Shown: one piece after another, positions 42,870 to 53,153 of the stretch
Position numbering within the stretch: position 1 is the stretch's first letter
Layout: every line of letters starts with the position of its first letter
Origin: Tetramitus jugosus
Taxonomy: Eukaryota; Protista; Heterolobosea
DNA length: 64,000 bases
NCBI GenBank assembly: GCA_937625935.1
Contig: OW569353.1
Location: 186,001 to 250,000, forward strand
Direction of reading: 5' to 3'
The notes under the pieces: model-generated
Told to the model about the DNA's origin: nothing
The model's input: only the letters and a program-made list of their open reading frames with translations
Databases searched by the model: none
Made by a program: the position numbers and the translations under genes

Positions 42870-43817
42870 TTATAATTTACTTCGTGTTGTTCCAGTAAGT
42901 TTCTCAGATGGCACCATGAGCACTGCCTCACCTGTCATGAGCAGCTTTCCTTCAATACTCTTACAAGTGGTCTCCAGTGTGACCAGATTCTTTGTCGTGT
43001 CAATGGCTGTGACTTGAACTCGTGCAATGACTTCATCTCCCACAAACACAGGGGCCCTAAACTTGGTAAGCTGTGAAACATACACAGTACCCTTGCCTGG
43101 TAGCTTAATACCGGCCAATGCTGAGATTAAGCTCGTATACAGTTGACCATGAACAATCGGACGACCGAATCTTGTCGTCTTTGCAAAGCTTTCATCCAAG
43201 TGCAATGGATTGTAGTCCTCGCTCAACGAAGCAAACTGTTGAACTTCAGCCATTCCAAAACGCTTCTTGACTTGTGCATACATTCCAATAGCAATCTTAT
43301 CCTTGTTCTCATCATAGTTTGACTCGAATTGGACCTTGACTGCAGGTTGTTGTGCTGCAGTTGAAGTAGGTAGACCTTCCAATCTTTGAATCGATGACTT
43401 GAAGTTCTCTGGAATGTTCATTTTTGAATTCTTGTCAAAGTCAAAACAAACGAGCACAGCCTCAGCTTCACTCCATATCTCACCATTGTCTGCCCACCTG
43501 ACTCTATACTGTTGCGTAAAGCTCGATGATCCCAATTGAGTCGTTCGAATATCTACAATGACGTTTACTCCGCCTTTGCCAGGCTTCACAAATCGAATAT
43601 CGGTTTTGAGGAGAACGAATGGAAAGATGAGATCCTCTGACAACAGATTCAACAATCCTTTGCCAAAATAGTTTAATCGAGCTTCTTCGAACAAGGTCAT
43701 AAAGACGGCATTGTTCAAGACGCGTTGTGCATCAATGTCGACCCATCGAGTGGTCGTGTGGTAGGAATAACAGAATTTGGCATCCTTTGGGATGAGTGAC
43801 TTTTGTTGTTGGGACAT
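42870..43817 (-). CDS. Double hot-dog fusion: 4HBT/YbgC thioesterase + MaoC/PhaJ (R)-enoyl-CoA hydratase, PTS1
   Basis: [22 protein letters not shown] (thioesterase); [39 protein letters not shown] (MaoC); ends in SKL. Confidence 0.88.
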   Translation of the reverse strand: MSQQQKSLIPKDAKFCYSYHTTTRWVDIDAQRVLNNAVFMTLFEEARLNYFGKGLLNLLSEDLIFPFVLLKTDIRFVKPGKGGVNVIVDIRTTQLGSSSFTQQYRVRWADNGEIWSEAEAVLVCFDFDKNSKMNIPENFKSSIQRLEGLPTSTAAQQPAVKVQFESNYDENKDKIAIGMYAQVKKRFGMAEVQQFASLSEDYNPLHLDESFAKTTRFGRPIVHGQLYTSLISALAGIKLPGKGTVYVSQLTKFRAPVFVGDEVIARVQVTAIDTTKNLVTLETTCKSIEGKLLMTGEAVLMVPSEKLTGTTRSKL

Positions 43818-44069
43818 TATATTGCAATATGTATTGATGTTGTTGTGGTTATTGTTATTGTTGTGAATTCTTTGTTGCGCAGCTCAAAGGTTGGCTGTGC
43901 TGAGACAGGACCTTCTAGTTCTACAGGAGGATTTAAGGCTACGTCCTATTTTCCTGACGTCGTTTTGTTTTTTCCCAATCTTCCGTATGTTCTGATTTTG
44001 GATGAGGGGAGATGCAAAATTTGCCGCCAAACGAAAAACAACCAGAGAACAACAGTCAGAAGATCAGAG

Positions 44070-44668
44070 ATGATGGCTGCCAGATTGAGACCCTTTCACT
44101 TGGCATTTCCAATCAAGGATATCAATTCAACAAGAATTTTCTATGGAAAACTACTTGGATGTCAAGAAGGAAGAAGGTGAGATTACAGCTATTATTCGTT
44201 TTGTAAAGTTTTTTGTAATCTGTGTTTTGTGCACACTCACATTGCAACTCCTGCATGCAGCACAAATCACTGGATAGACTTTGACTTCTTTGGAAATCAA
44301 ATATCAGGTCATTTAGCCAATGAAGATCGTACCAATCAACCAACATCGGATGTTGACGGAGTAAAGGTTCCGTTGAAGCATTGTAAGTAATACACACTCA
44401 TATTGAATTCATGTATCGTATGTATATGGAATGATTTGAAAACTCATAATGTGGTGTGATAGTTGGTGCCATCTTGGAATGGAATCAATTCTTGGACTTG
44501 TCCAAGAAATTGCAGGAGAATCATGTACAATTTGTTATTCCACCACAGATCAGATATCCAGGAAAGCAAGGAGAACAATACACCATGTTCTTCCTCGATC
44601 CATCCGGGAATGCTCTGGAATTCAAAGCATTTAGAAATGAGGACGAAATTTTCCAAAAACAAGAGTAG
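44070..44668 (+). CDS. Glyoxalase/VOC-family protein (bacterial PFHLAF-type), 3 exons
   Basis: Exons 44070-44176, 44261-44382 and 44463-44668 give [69 protein letters not shown]. Confidence 0.9.
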
Positions 44669-44789
44669 CCTGCAGAGTTGTAAGAATTATTTTTGTAAAG
44701 CCTCTTAGTTTTGAATGCGATCAACAAAATTCCAAAATATAGATCTAAACAAACAATCCATAGTGAGTGACCTCAAAACATAATATCCA

Positions 44790-46190
44790 ATGGTCGAGCG
44801 TTTAAGAAACAAGCATCAGCCACGGTATCAAAACAGTAGTGATTCTGACTTGTCTCCTGTTCATTTACAAAAGAGGTTCAAGACGACTCATGTGGGTGAT
44901 ATTGGCCCCAAAATCGATAGCATTGGTGATGAACTGACCAAGGGTCAAGCAAAGAACCATCTCTCCATTCTGAACCTAAGTGATACAGTTGCAGTTCAAA
45001 TATTCAACTATTGTGATTCGATCCATTTCATATCTGTTCAGTTGGCTACTGTGTGCAAGAAATGGAACTCAATGATACACAGTTACATTTTCCCCACATC
45101 CGAATGGTTGTGGTGCAACATTGCTCATCGTCCACAGTTTTCCTCTCGATTCGAGTACTTGATTGCTCTCACTGAACAAAAATCAGCTCTGGATGAGCCC
45201 TTTCGAGACAGTTGCCGATGGTACCAATGTGTCAAAGATATGGTGACAAACTCGCTTGAGCATTACTTGAATAGTTGTTTTTATTGTTTGGTTAATCAAT
45301 TTCAGATTGATAAGGAGAGCGCCACCGTGGTTATTCAACAATTGATTGAGTCAAGTGAAGAAGAACGGAATATAGAAGATATCTCCATTCCTTTTCGTCT
45401 CGTCAAGTGTAATAAGTATCAAATGAATCAAAGTAGAATTTTCGGTGCTTGTCCACTCACTCTAATGAAGGAGTATGAAGCATTAAGTGCAGACGACTTT
45501 GAATTTGTAGTACAAATTAGCTTTGAAGAAATCCGTAGTCAATGGCTTGGACACACAAGCCATAATCTACAAACAAATTCATTCTCTGTTCCAGTTTCAC
45601 ATGTATCAGAAGATGAAGAAGAAGATGAAATAGTGAACCAACAGCCTCAAACCAAACTAGTATTGGATGATTTAGATGGAATGCTTTTCTTCTTTGTGAA
45701 GAGAGACAGCTCAGCTAAAGAAGGTTACAAATTGTTGTACTTGACATGTGATGAAATGAAAGAGATTAATGAAAACTTGGGCGAGTCAACTGGACAACTA
45801 GAAACGAGTTATACTTTTCAATTTCCGCCGATTCACTTTACTCCATCAATTCATCAGGATGTGATTCAAAACCATGACCAGTTCCAGTTGATACTCGCTC
45901 TGATCCATCCACGGTGGAATCCAGACTACGAACAGATGAAGGGATTCAAGGAACAAAACGATCAGTTGAATCAACTATTTCCCTTGCGAGTCGTGCACTG
46001 CAACTGTTATTTATTCCACAAGTCAAATGAGCAACCAGACTCTGTCCAGCTATTTTCAATACCCTCCAATGATTTTTTGAGTTTTGATGACCCTCTTCAG
46101 CAACAATTAATGATTCGTTCGCAGTGTGCTATGATACACCAGAACTACTTGTGTTCCACCGTACACCAATCGAAACGCCAGGTCACCTGA
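44790..46190 (+). CDS. F-box-like protein of unknown function
   Basis: ILNLSDTVAVQIFNYC......LATVCKKWNSMI resembles an F-box; 466-aa ORF. Confidence 0.65.
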   Translation: MVERLRNKHQPRYQNSSDSDLSPVHLQKRFKTTHVGDIGPKIDSIGDELTKGQAKNHLSILNLSDTVAVQIFNYCDSIHFISVQLATVCKKWNSMIHSYIFPTSEWLWCNIAHRPQFSSRFEYLIALTEQKSALDEPFRDSCRWYQCVKDMVTNSLEHYLNSCFYCLVNQFQIDKESATVVIQQLIESSEEERNIEDISIPFRLVKCNKYQMNQSRIFGACPLTLMKEYEALSADDFEFVVQISFEEIRSQWLGHTSHNLQTNSFSVPVSHVSEDEEEDEIVNQQPQTKLVLDDLDGMLFFFVKRDSSAKEGYKLLYLTCDEMKEINENLGESTGQLETSYTFQFPPIHFTPSIHQDVIQNHDQFQLILALIHPRWNPDYEQMKGFKEQNDQLNQLFPLRVVHCNCYLFHKSNEQPDSVQLFSIPSNDFLSFDDPLQQQLMIRSQCAMIHQNYLCSTVHQSKRQVT

Positions 46191-46250
46191 TAAAAAAAGA
46201 ATGAAAAATTCTTATAAAATGAATCCTGGTCAACTGGTTGATCAACCGTG

Positions 46251-46574
46251 ATGGATACATCAGAAAAAAGAAAAATGGACAAAGTAGCAGAGGATAAACG
46301 GTTCACCCAAGATCAAGAGAACACTCTTCACCTAGAATCATGGAGAAAGTGTGATGGAACCAGTAGTCCACTCTTCTATTCGATTCAAGGCGTCAGTCCC
46401 GCACCCATGGGATTCTGCGATAGGGACATGGAACAGTATTATCGCGTACGTTATGAAGACGGCACGATGGGTGAGCTCCCAGAATCTCTCATCATGTACG
46501 ACCCTGTTGTCTCGAACGAAGAAATTGAACGCCACGCGCTCTTCTCCAGTGTGAGTAACAACAACAACAAATAG
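46251..46574 (+). CDS. Small hypothetical protein
   Basis: ~107-aa ORF with an SH3/Tudor-like YYRVRYEDGT.GELPE segment; otherwise unrecognised. Confidence 0.4.
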   Translation: MDTSEKRKMDKVAEDKRFTQDQENTLHLESWRKCDGTSSPLFYSIQGVSPAPMGFCDRDMEQYYRVRYEDGTMGELPESLIMYDPVVSNEEIERHALFSSVSNNNNK

Positions 46575-46692
46575 GCATGTTCTCCAAGGCGAAACTCTCA
46601 CTCCATTGGAGAATGGAATTGCATATGGCAATAGAGTATTTCACACAAAAGTTTTTTCAATAAATTGTACAATATGATCAATTATTTTCATT

Positions 46693-48279
46693 TTAGTCAA
46701 TCATAACATTCACAAACGAAGACAGAGATTCATCTGTCTGTATAAATTCTTCCAACTCCTCCAAAGGTAGATTGCCATTGTTGTCAGTGAGTGATAACGT
46801 AGTCAGACAGGGACTGTTCATACACAGTAACTTTAGCGCCGAGAGCGAAAAGGCATTTCCTCGGAGTCCAAGCTCCCTCACGGGTGTCGTGAAGGATGGT
46901 GCATTGTTATGTAATGTTCTCTCTCTTAACATATCAGGAAGATCCTTGAGAGAACAAGTTAGCACTGGAAGATCTGCTAATTGACGATAGACGAGCGCTG
47001 CAATGTGTTCGTTCGCCAAGGAACAGTTGTGTAAAATCAACCGTTTCACACAGGAAAACACTCTGAACATTAGTGAACAGAATGCGACGCTAATGGGAGT
47101 CTCTGACAACTCCAATCTCTCGAGTCGATAGTTTCCAGGAAAATTTTTCGGTATGTAACTGGGTAGTAAATAGCTCATGTTACTCACATTATACGGCAGT
47201 TGATTGCACATAAATGTCAAATTGGTGAGAGATTGACTCTGACAGAGTGAACTGAGAGCACCAGGTTCAGAAACAGCAGTCTTCATATACAAACTCCTCA
47301 GCCTATTACACTGACAAAGATATTGACAGACTTGAACGCCCAACCGACTCGCCACCACACTCAATCGCTTCAATTTCAGTGACATGATCACTTGGGTCAT
47401 TGGACTGCCGTCAGAGAGATCCACCGGCATACAATCTGACAAATCAAGCACCGTCAACTGGGGATGAAGTAAAATTAATCGACGCAGACCACACTCTGGC
47501 AGCGGTGTGTTGGAAAAGTTGAGTGATCGAATTTGGTGCTTTGGTTTTCTTGTTCGCCAATCCGTTAGCTCACTCACTCGTGGTTCCTCACTCAACACAC
47601 CCAAATCCTTCTCATTGGACGAAAAGTTCCAATAGCTCATATCCAGAGAGTGCAACACACGATTTCCAGCGTGCACAAACGGATTCAGATTGATATGACT
47701 AGGTGGCACAATATAATCTGAACAATCATTGACAAACTTGTGGTGCTTAATATGCTTCCATGGCAACATATGCATCATGTAAGACGAATGAGGAATATCG
47801 ATATTAATGACCCACAAGTTGGGAAACACGAGAAAGTGTTGTCGCAGTGGATCCTTGCGAAAATAGCCATAGAGCATTCGAATGATGCGCGAATGCCGAA
47901 TCTCATACTTGTTTTTCATCATTTCAGCATAATCTTCTTCATTCATTGTAGTAGCCGCAATTCCCATCTCAACATCACCATCGTCATGACCGTTGACGTG
48001 TGTCGCTGAATTTTCAGCAGCCGCAGCTCGAACGCCTGGATAATTTTGATCCGGGGAGTGTGGTGCCGCGAAATGTTCTCTAGGCCATAGAAAATCGTCA
48101 ACCGTGAGAACTAGCTTGAACGGTTCAGTAAAATCCAGAATCAATGATATGATATGATAGGGCAGAGAGGACACTAGTGAACGCAACTCTAATGTTGTGA
48201 GATTTCGGCGTTTGGCACTCATGCTCGCACTGGACCTATTACTCAGATTTTCACAACGTTGATAGGGACAGAATTTCAT
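46693..48279 (-). CDS. Leucine-rich-repeat protein with a possible degenerate F-box
   Basis: SSLPYHIISLILDF near the N-terminus; LRR units LHSLDMS, LTVLDLSDC, LERLELSET, VRELGLRGN. Confidence 0.75.
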   Translation of the reverse strand: MKFCPYQRCENLSNRSSASMSAKRRNLTTLELRSLVSSLPYHIISLILDFTEPFKLVLTVDDFLWPREHFAAPHSPDQNYPGVRAAAAENSATHVNGHDDGDVEMGIAATTMNEEDYAEMMKNKYEIRHSRIIRMLYGYFRKDPLRQHFLVFPNLWVINIDIPHSSYMMHMLPWKHIKHHKFVNDCSDYIVPPSHINLNPFVHAGNRVLHSLDMSYWNFSSNEKDLGVLSEEPRVSELTDWRTRKPKHQIRSLNFSNTPLPECGLRRLILLHPQLTVLDLSDCMPVDLSDGSPMTQVIMSLKLKRLSVVASRLGVQVCQYLCQCNRLRSLYMKTAVSEPGALSSLCQSQSLTNLTFMCNQLPYNVSNMSYLLPSYIPKNFPGNYRLERLELSETPISVAFCSLMFRVFSCVKRLILHNCSLANEHIAALVYRQLADLPVLTCSLKDLPDMLRERTLHNNAPSFTTPVRELGLRGNAFSLSALKLLCMNSPCLTTLSLTDNNGNLPLEELEEFIQTDESLSSFVNVMID

Positions 48280-48420
48280 CTCTTGTGGCGTGTGAGTGGT
48301 CCCAATGTGTGGTTGGTGTGTTGGTTGTTGTTACAATTGACAGTGTGGAATTTGATTTTTGGTTTTGATGGAACTGTCTGAAGTTGCGGTTTCAACAGAT
48401 TGGACCTTTGGTTTTCTCCT

Positions 48421-49090
48421 CGTTTCTCCTTTGGGTCTAAAAAAGAATTCCGGTATAGACTTAGGAGGCAACAGTTCCTTCCGGAGATATTAACCTTTCA
48501 AATGAATCAAGGCTCTCCTCCTTCATATGACCAGATTTGATCTCAGTTCAAATTGGGTGCATTTAAGATCAGATTCTGTATTCCTAGAGAAATTGTTGAG
48601 CTTAGGTCAGATCAAGAGGAGAAGGAATATCTCCACTTCACCTCTAGGAAAGTTTGAATTAATCTTTGGAGATGAACCACCTTAGACAACATCCGCTCCA
48701 TGAGATATGCTTTTGTAAGATGTTGAAGAGATTGTAACAATCTCGATCAAGAAAGCTCAATCGTTTCTGTTTCATTATACTTGCAAAGGAATCAACCAAT
48801 ACAAATTCAATCGATTACTCATGTTCAACAAGACGAGAACACTAGAAGGAAATTTGGATGAGGAGGAACGCTGGTTGCAATTGCGACAAGGAAGACTGTT
48901 CAATATTCGATTGAATATTTATGTGGGCGACGAGCATATATCAAGTTGAAAGAATATCACAGACAAGCATTCTCACATTTGACTGGCATACACACGATAT
49001 GATTGTAAATGCAAGTTAATAACTCTCCATTTGTCGAAGGGATCTTTTTACCCAGGTTTCAGTGAATACTGGAGGTTACAGGTTTAACTG
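48421..49090 (+). pseudogene. Degenerate coding-like remnant
   Basis: Unusually long intergenic gap with protein-like interrupted frames and no intact ORF. Confidence 0.3.
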
Positions 49091-49221
49091 ATATTTTCAA
49101 GGCTTAAAACTTTGATTCGTTCACTCAATAGCTTAGATAAACTCTTTTTGGTTGTTTGGGGAAACGAGTTGATCGTAGCTGCAATAACGAGAGACTTTTA
49201 TTTCAATAAGGAACTATTGAT

Positions 49222-49647
49222 TTACTTTGACTCAATATAAGCCACTTCACTAAATACGTCTGATCCATCCAATTGTGTATTAGAGAACACGATTCTCATT
49301 GGTTGATTGGTTACAGTCCAATCAAATGTCTTTGTAGCATTCTTTGCTACATCAGAATTGTTCACCAATTTAATACATGTCTTGTAATCACGAACACTAA
49401 TGTATTGCAGATAGTCATTCTCTTTGATTAAACAAGCAACAATGTTTCCGCGAGATGATTTGAATCCTCCATAGAGGTGGACAGCCTTTGAGGTTGATGA
49501 TGGGTTGGGAACACGGCTGAAGAAGAATTCAGTTCGGCCAGTGATGGTTTTCTGGTTGAATTCACTGAATAGAGTGGCCTGTTTGACACAGAGAACACTA
49601 ACAGCAAGAGCACAGAGCACAGCAGCGACAACACAGATGACCTTCAT
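49222..49647 (-). CDS. Small secreted beta-rich protein
   Basis: Signal peptide MKVICVVAAVLCALAVSVLC; AATAAA after the stop. Confidence 0.7.
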   Translation of the reverse strand: MKVICVVAAVLCALAVSVLCVKQATLFSEFNQKTITGRTEFFFSRVPNPSSTSKAVHLYGGFKSSRGNIVACLIKENDYLQYISVRDYKTCIKLVNNSDVAKNATKTFDWTVTNQPMRIVFSNTQLDGSDVFSEVAYIESK

Positions 49648-49909
49648 TTTGTTTTGTAATTGTTCGGATTCACGCCACCTGCTGCACGCGTGCTTAAAAA
49701 TTGTGCGTTTCCATTTGGCTATCAGATTCCCGAAGATTATCCCTTCTTGGAAGGATAATTCATTCTGACTGACCCTGAAGGACATTAGTTTCCAAGAAAG
49801 AAGTTCAACACAAGGGCAGCAACAACCAACGAATCATAACTGTAATTTTGGAGGGAAAAAGCGGGAATAACAAGAGGAATTGTGGTTCTGACCCACACGA
49901 AGAAAAATA

Positions 49910-51508
49910 ATGATAACCATTGGGCCAGTGATTGGACTTGTGACACCAACCACTGCTCGAGTTTTATTTGAAACATCGATTGACTTGGATGAATTACAAA
50001 TTTCATTGGCACCTGTCAAAAGTCGAACGGCACCTGTAAAACTTGCTGTTGATGACGGTTCTGGCTTGATATCCACAACAAGCAATCAAGAACCCTGTTC
50101 TGATGAAAATTGTGATTCTTTTCATGTGCCTGAATCAAGTAACTCAATCCTTAAGACAGTGCAAAGAGTGAAAGCTAACCGAGCCATTGCCGTTCAGTTT
50201 GACGCTCTGTTGCCCGATACCAACTACACATTTTGTTTTTGTGATGCAAGGATTGATTTTTCAGATGTGCCAGAATCTGTCTTTCGAACCCCTTCTGATA
50301 ACGATGTGAGTAAGCACATAGCCTTTGTGAGTTGCAACTATCCAGAGAGAATGGGAAAGAAAAATCTTTGGAAAGACCTTGCTGATCGAGCTTGCTTCAT
50401 CGTTGGCCAAGACCAGAGAATTGAATTGATCATACACGGTGGTGATCAGGTATGCCGTATTTGAACTACCACAATATTTGCTTAATATTTAACATAATTT
50501 CGTTTTTAGATATACTCAGACGATGGTCATGACGCCTATCCAAATTGCCTGCAGAGAATCGAAGAGAAAGGATTGTCTCATATCAGTCAAGATGACTTGG
50601 AGTACATGCTCGAGGAATACAGAAAGATGTATAGAAGTGTCTGGTCTATGGAGCACCAAAAGAGAGCAATGGCCAATGCAAGCAACATCATGATTTGTGA
50701 CGACCACGACTACTTTGACGATGCAGGTTCACTTGAGCCCCACTGGAACCCTCATTCAAAGGAACATTTGATTGCTCGAATTGCAAGACAAGTCTACTGG
50801 GAGTATCAGAGACAATTGTTAGAGGATATACCATTCGATGACTCTACTCGGATGCAAGAACATTTTTGGAAAAGAAGTGAAGGTTACTCGCAAAATATTC
50901 ATCCAAGGATAGGTTTACTCATGCTTGATCTGAGAGCAGGAAGGATGTTTGATCGAAGCATAGAAGAACCCTTTTTGGGTAAGAGTCAGTGGCAAGACAT
51001 TGAAAATGAGTTCAAGAATGAATTTTGGAGGAAAGATGTCTTACTAGTTGTAACGCCTGTTCCATTTGTCTTTTTGGGGCCAAACACCTGTGACTTTTGG
51101 GTAAGAGTCAGCGACTACCTAAACGACTTAATGGATCAATGGGCATACAGGGAGCATCGAGAAGAACAACGACGCTTTTTGAACCTGTTGAAGCAATGGA
51201 AGGAACAGAAGGAAGGTAGAGAGGTTTTGATCGTGGCAGGTGATGCTCACTTTGGTTTTGAGAGCAAGGTTTTGAACAGTGATGGCAGCTTGTTCTGTCG
51301 TCAGTTTACTTCGTCTGGTATCACAAATGCTCCTCCACCATATTTGGCAACATCAGGTATTTATTATTTGAGCAGATTTGAGGACACGGTCAACGAGGAT
51401 TACAAGTTTACTCACACGAGTTGGATAACCACACAAAACTATGGAATCATATCTTTGGATTACCTTGACGCTGAACAGCCAACTTGCTCTGTGAAGCACA
51501 TTGTTTAG
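49910..51508 (+). CDS. PhoD-family metallophosphatase, 2 exons
   Basis: Intron 50450-50509 joins IHGGDQ|IYSD. GPVIG.VT, FVSCN, ICDDHD, LDLR and AGDAH motifs are present. Confidence 0.88.
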
Positions 51509-51661
51509 GTATCATGAATCCACAAATGAAAAAATGTTTGGTAGACATTGTCGCACTGCTCAAAAACAGTAAAACGGAGAACGTTCAAGACATCCCGTCA
51601 ACGGAGTAATTGTGACCACCAACGAACCAATTTTGAAAAGAAAGAGAAAAAAAGAAGGAAA

Positions 51662-53118
51662 ATGACAATCACCAGATCTCCCATCCGACTGTTTATTGTT
51701 GGTGCTGGAAACAGAGGCAAGGTATACTCTCGTTATCCACTTGAAAAACCTGATTTGTGTTCCCTCGTCGGTATTGCTGAACCGCGCAAACGAGTCGTTG
51801 AAACATTCAAGCAGGAATTTTCATCTACGATTCGCGACGATTTGATTTTTGGCGATTGGAAGGAACTCCAAAAGCTTTCAGCTGAAGAGCTACAAGAAAG
51901 GTTTCTGAGCCATGTAGATGCTGTTGTGATCTGTCTCCAAGATCGCATGCATTATGAGGCATGTTTGTGGTTTGCTGATTTGAAGTGTCATATTCTGTTG
52001 GAAAAGCCAATGGCACTCACTGTCCAAGAATGTCATGGAATTTATGAGGCTGTGGAGAGAAATGGAATTTTGTTTGCTGTGGGTCATGTGCTGCGTTACA
52101 GCGAAGTTACACAACAGGTGAAGAAGTTGATTCTAGAGGGAGGCATTGGTCAAATTATGCACATTCAACATTTGGAGCCTGTCGGTCATTTTGTAAGTTA
52201 CTTTGAGTTTGTTATTGTGGGTCGGTTTAATTTTGCTAATAGCTTCTTTGTCTATTTTGTCGATCGTGTAAACAGCATTTTGCTCATTCGTATGTGAGAG
52301 GCAACTGGAAAAACACGGAGACATCGTGCTTTTCTTTGATGGCAAAGAGTTGTCATGACATTGATTGGTTGTGCTATGTCATGAGTGAACCAAGAAAGAC
52401 TGTCAGCCCAGATAAGATCTCCTCGTTTGGAAGCTTGCTGCACTTCAAGAAAGAGAATAAGCCTGAAGATGCTACGGAGAGATGTTTGGACTGCCCAGCA
52501 CATGTTGAAAGAAATTGTGCCTACTCTGCAAAGAAGATTTATTTGGAAAGAGTTGAGCGAGGTGTGATCACTTGGCCTGTTCATATTATTGTGTCTTCTG
52601 GGGAGATTCCAGATATCGAGAACGTCACTGATGCTCTCAGAAATTCTGATTATGGAAAGTGTGTCTACGGAGATTGTGATAATGACGTTGTCGATAATCA
52701 AGTAGTGAACATTATGTTTGACAATGGTGCGACTTGTGCATTCTCTATGGTGGCATTCACTCAAGAGATTTGTGAACGTCAGACGAGAATCCATGGTACC
52801 AAGGGTCAAATCGAAGTGAAAGGAAATCTGTTGGTTCACACAAACTTTGTGTCAGGAGAAGTGAAGGAGTACAATTTTGACGATATGGATAGAGAAGAGG
52901 CACCAAAGACCACTATGAAGAATCATGGCTACGCCGACTATTTCCTTATGAAGCAGTTTATTGAGTCTGTAAATACTGGTGATCCTTCGAAGCTTTTATC
53001 AGATGCGAAGGAAACACTGCAATCACACTTGGCAGTTTTTGCTGCCGAAGATTCCAGAACTACCCAAACAACTATCGATTTCAAGCAATGGCTGGCAAAG
53101 AATAATTGCTTCCCATGA
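51662..53118 (+). CDS. Gfo/Idh/MocA family oxidoreductase, 2 exons
   Basis: IVGAGNRG, QDRMH, LLEKPMA, VGHVLRY; intron 52193-52275 joins to HFAHSYVRGNW..LMAKSCHDID..CDNDVVDNQ..HGYAD. Confidence 0.92.
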
Positions 53119-53153
53119 GTCAATCCCGAATAAAGTGTGTTGGATAGTCGTAG

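Noticed and set aside
48421-49008. A ~195-codon plus-strand frame interrupted only by six TGA codons, suggesting Sec or Trp recoding
   Set aside because: There is no recognisable protein, no redox motif around the TGAs and no SECIS seen. An overlapping frame is also partly open, TGA excess is expected in off-frames of coding-like DNA, and several genes here use TGA as stop.
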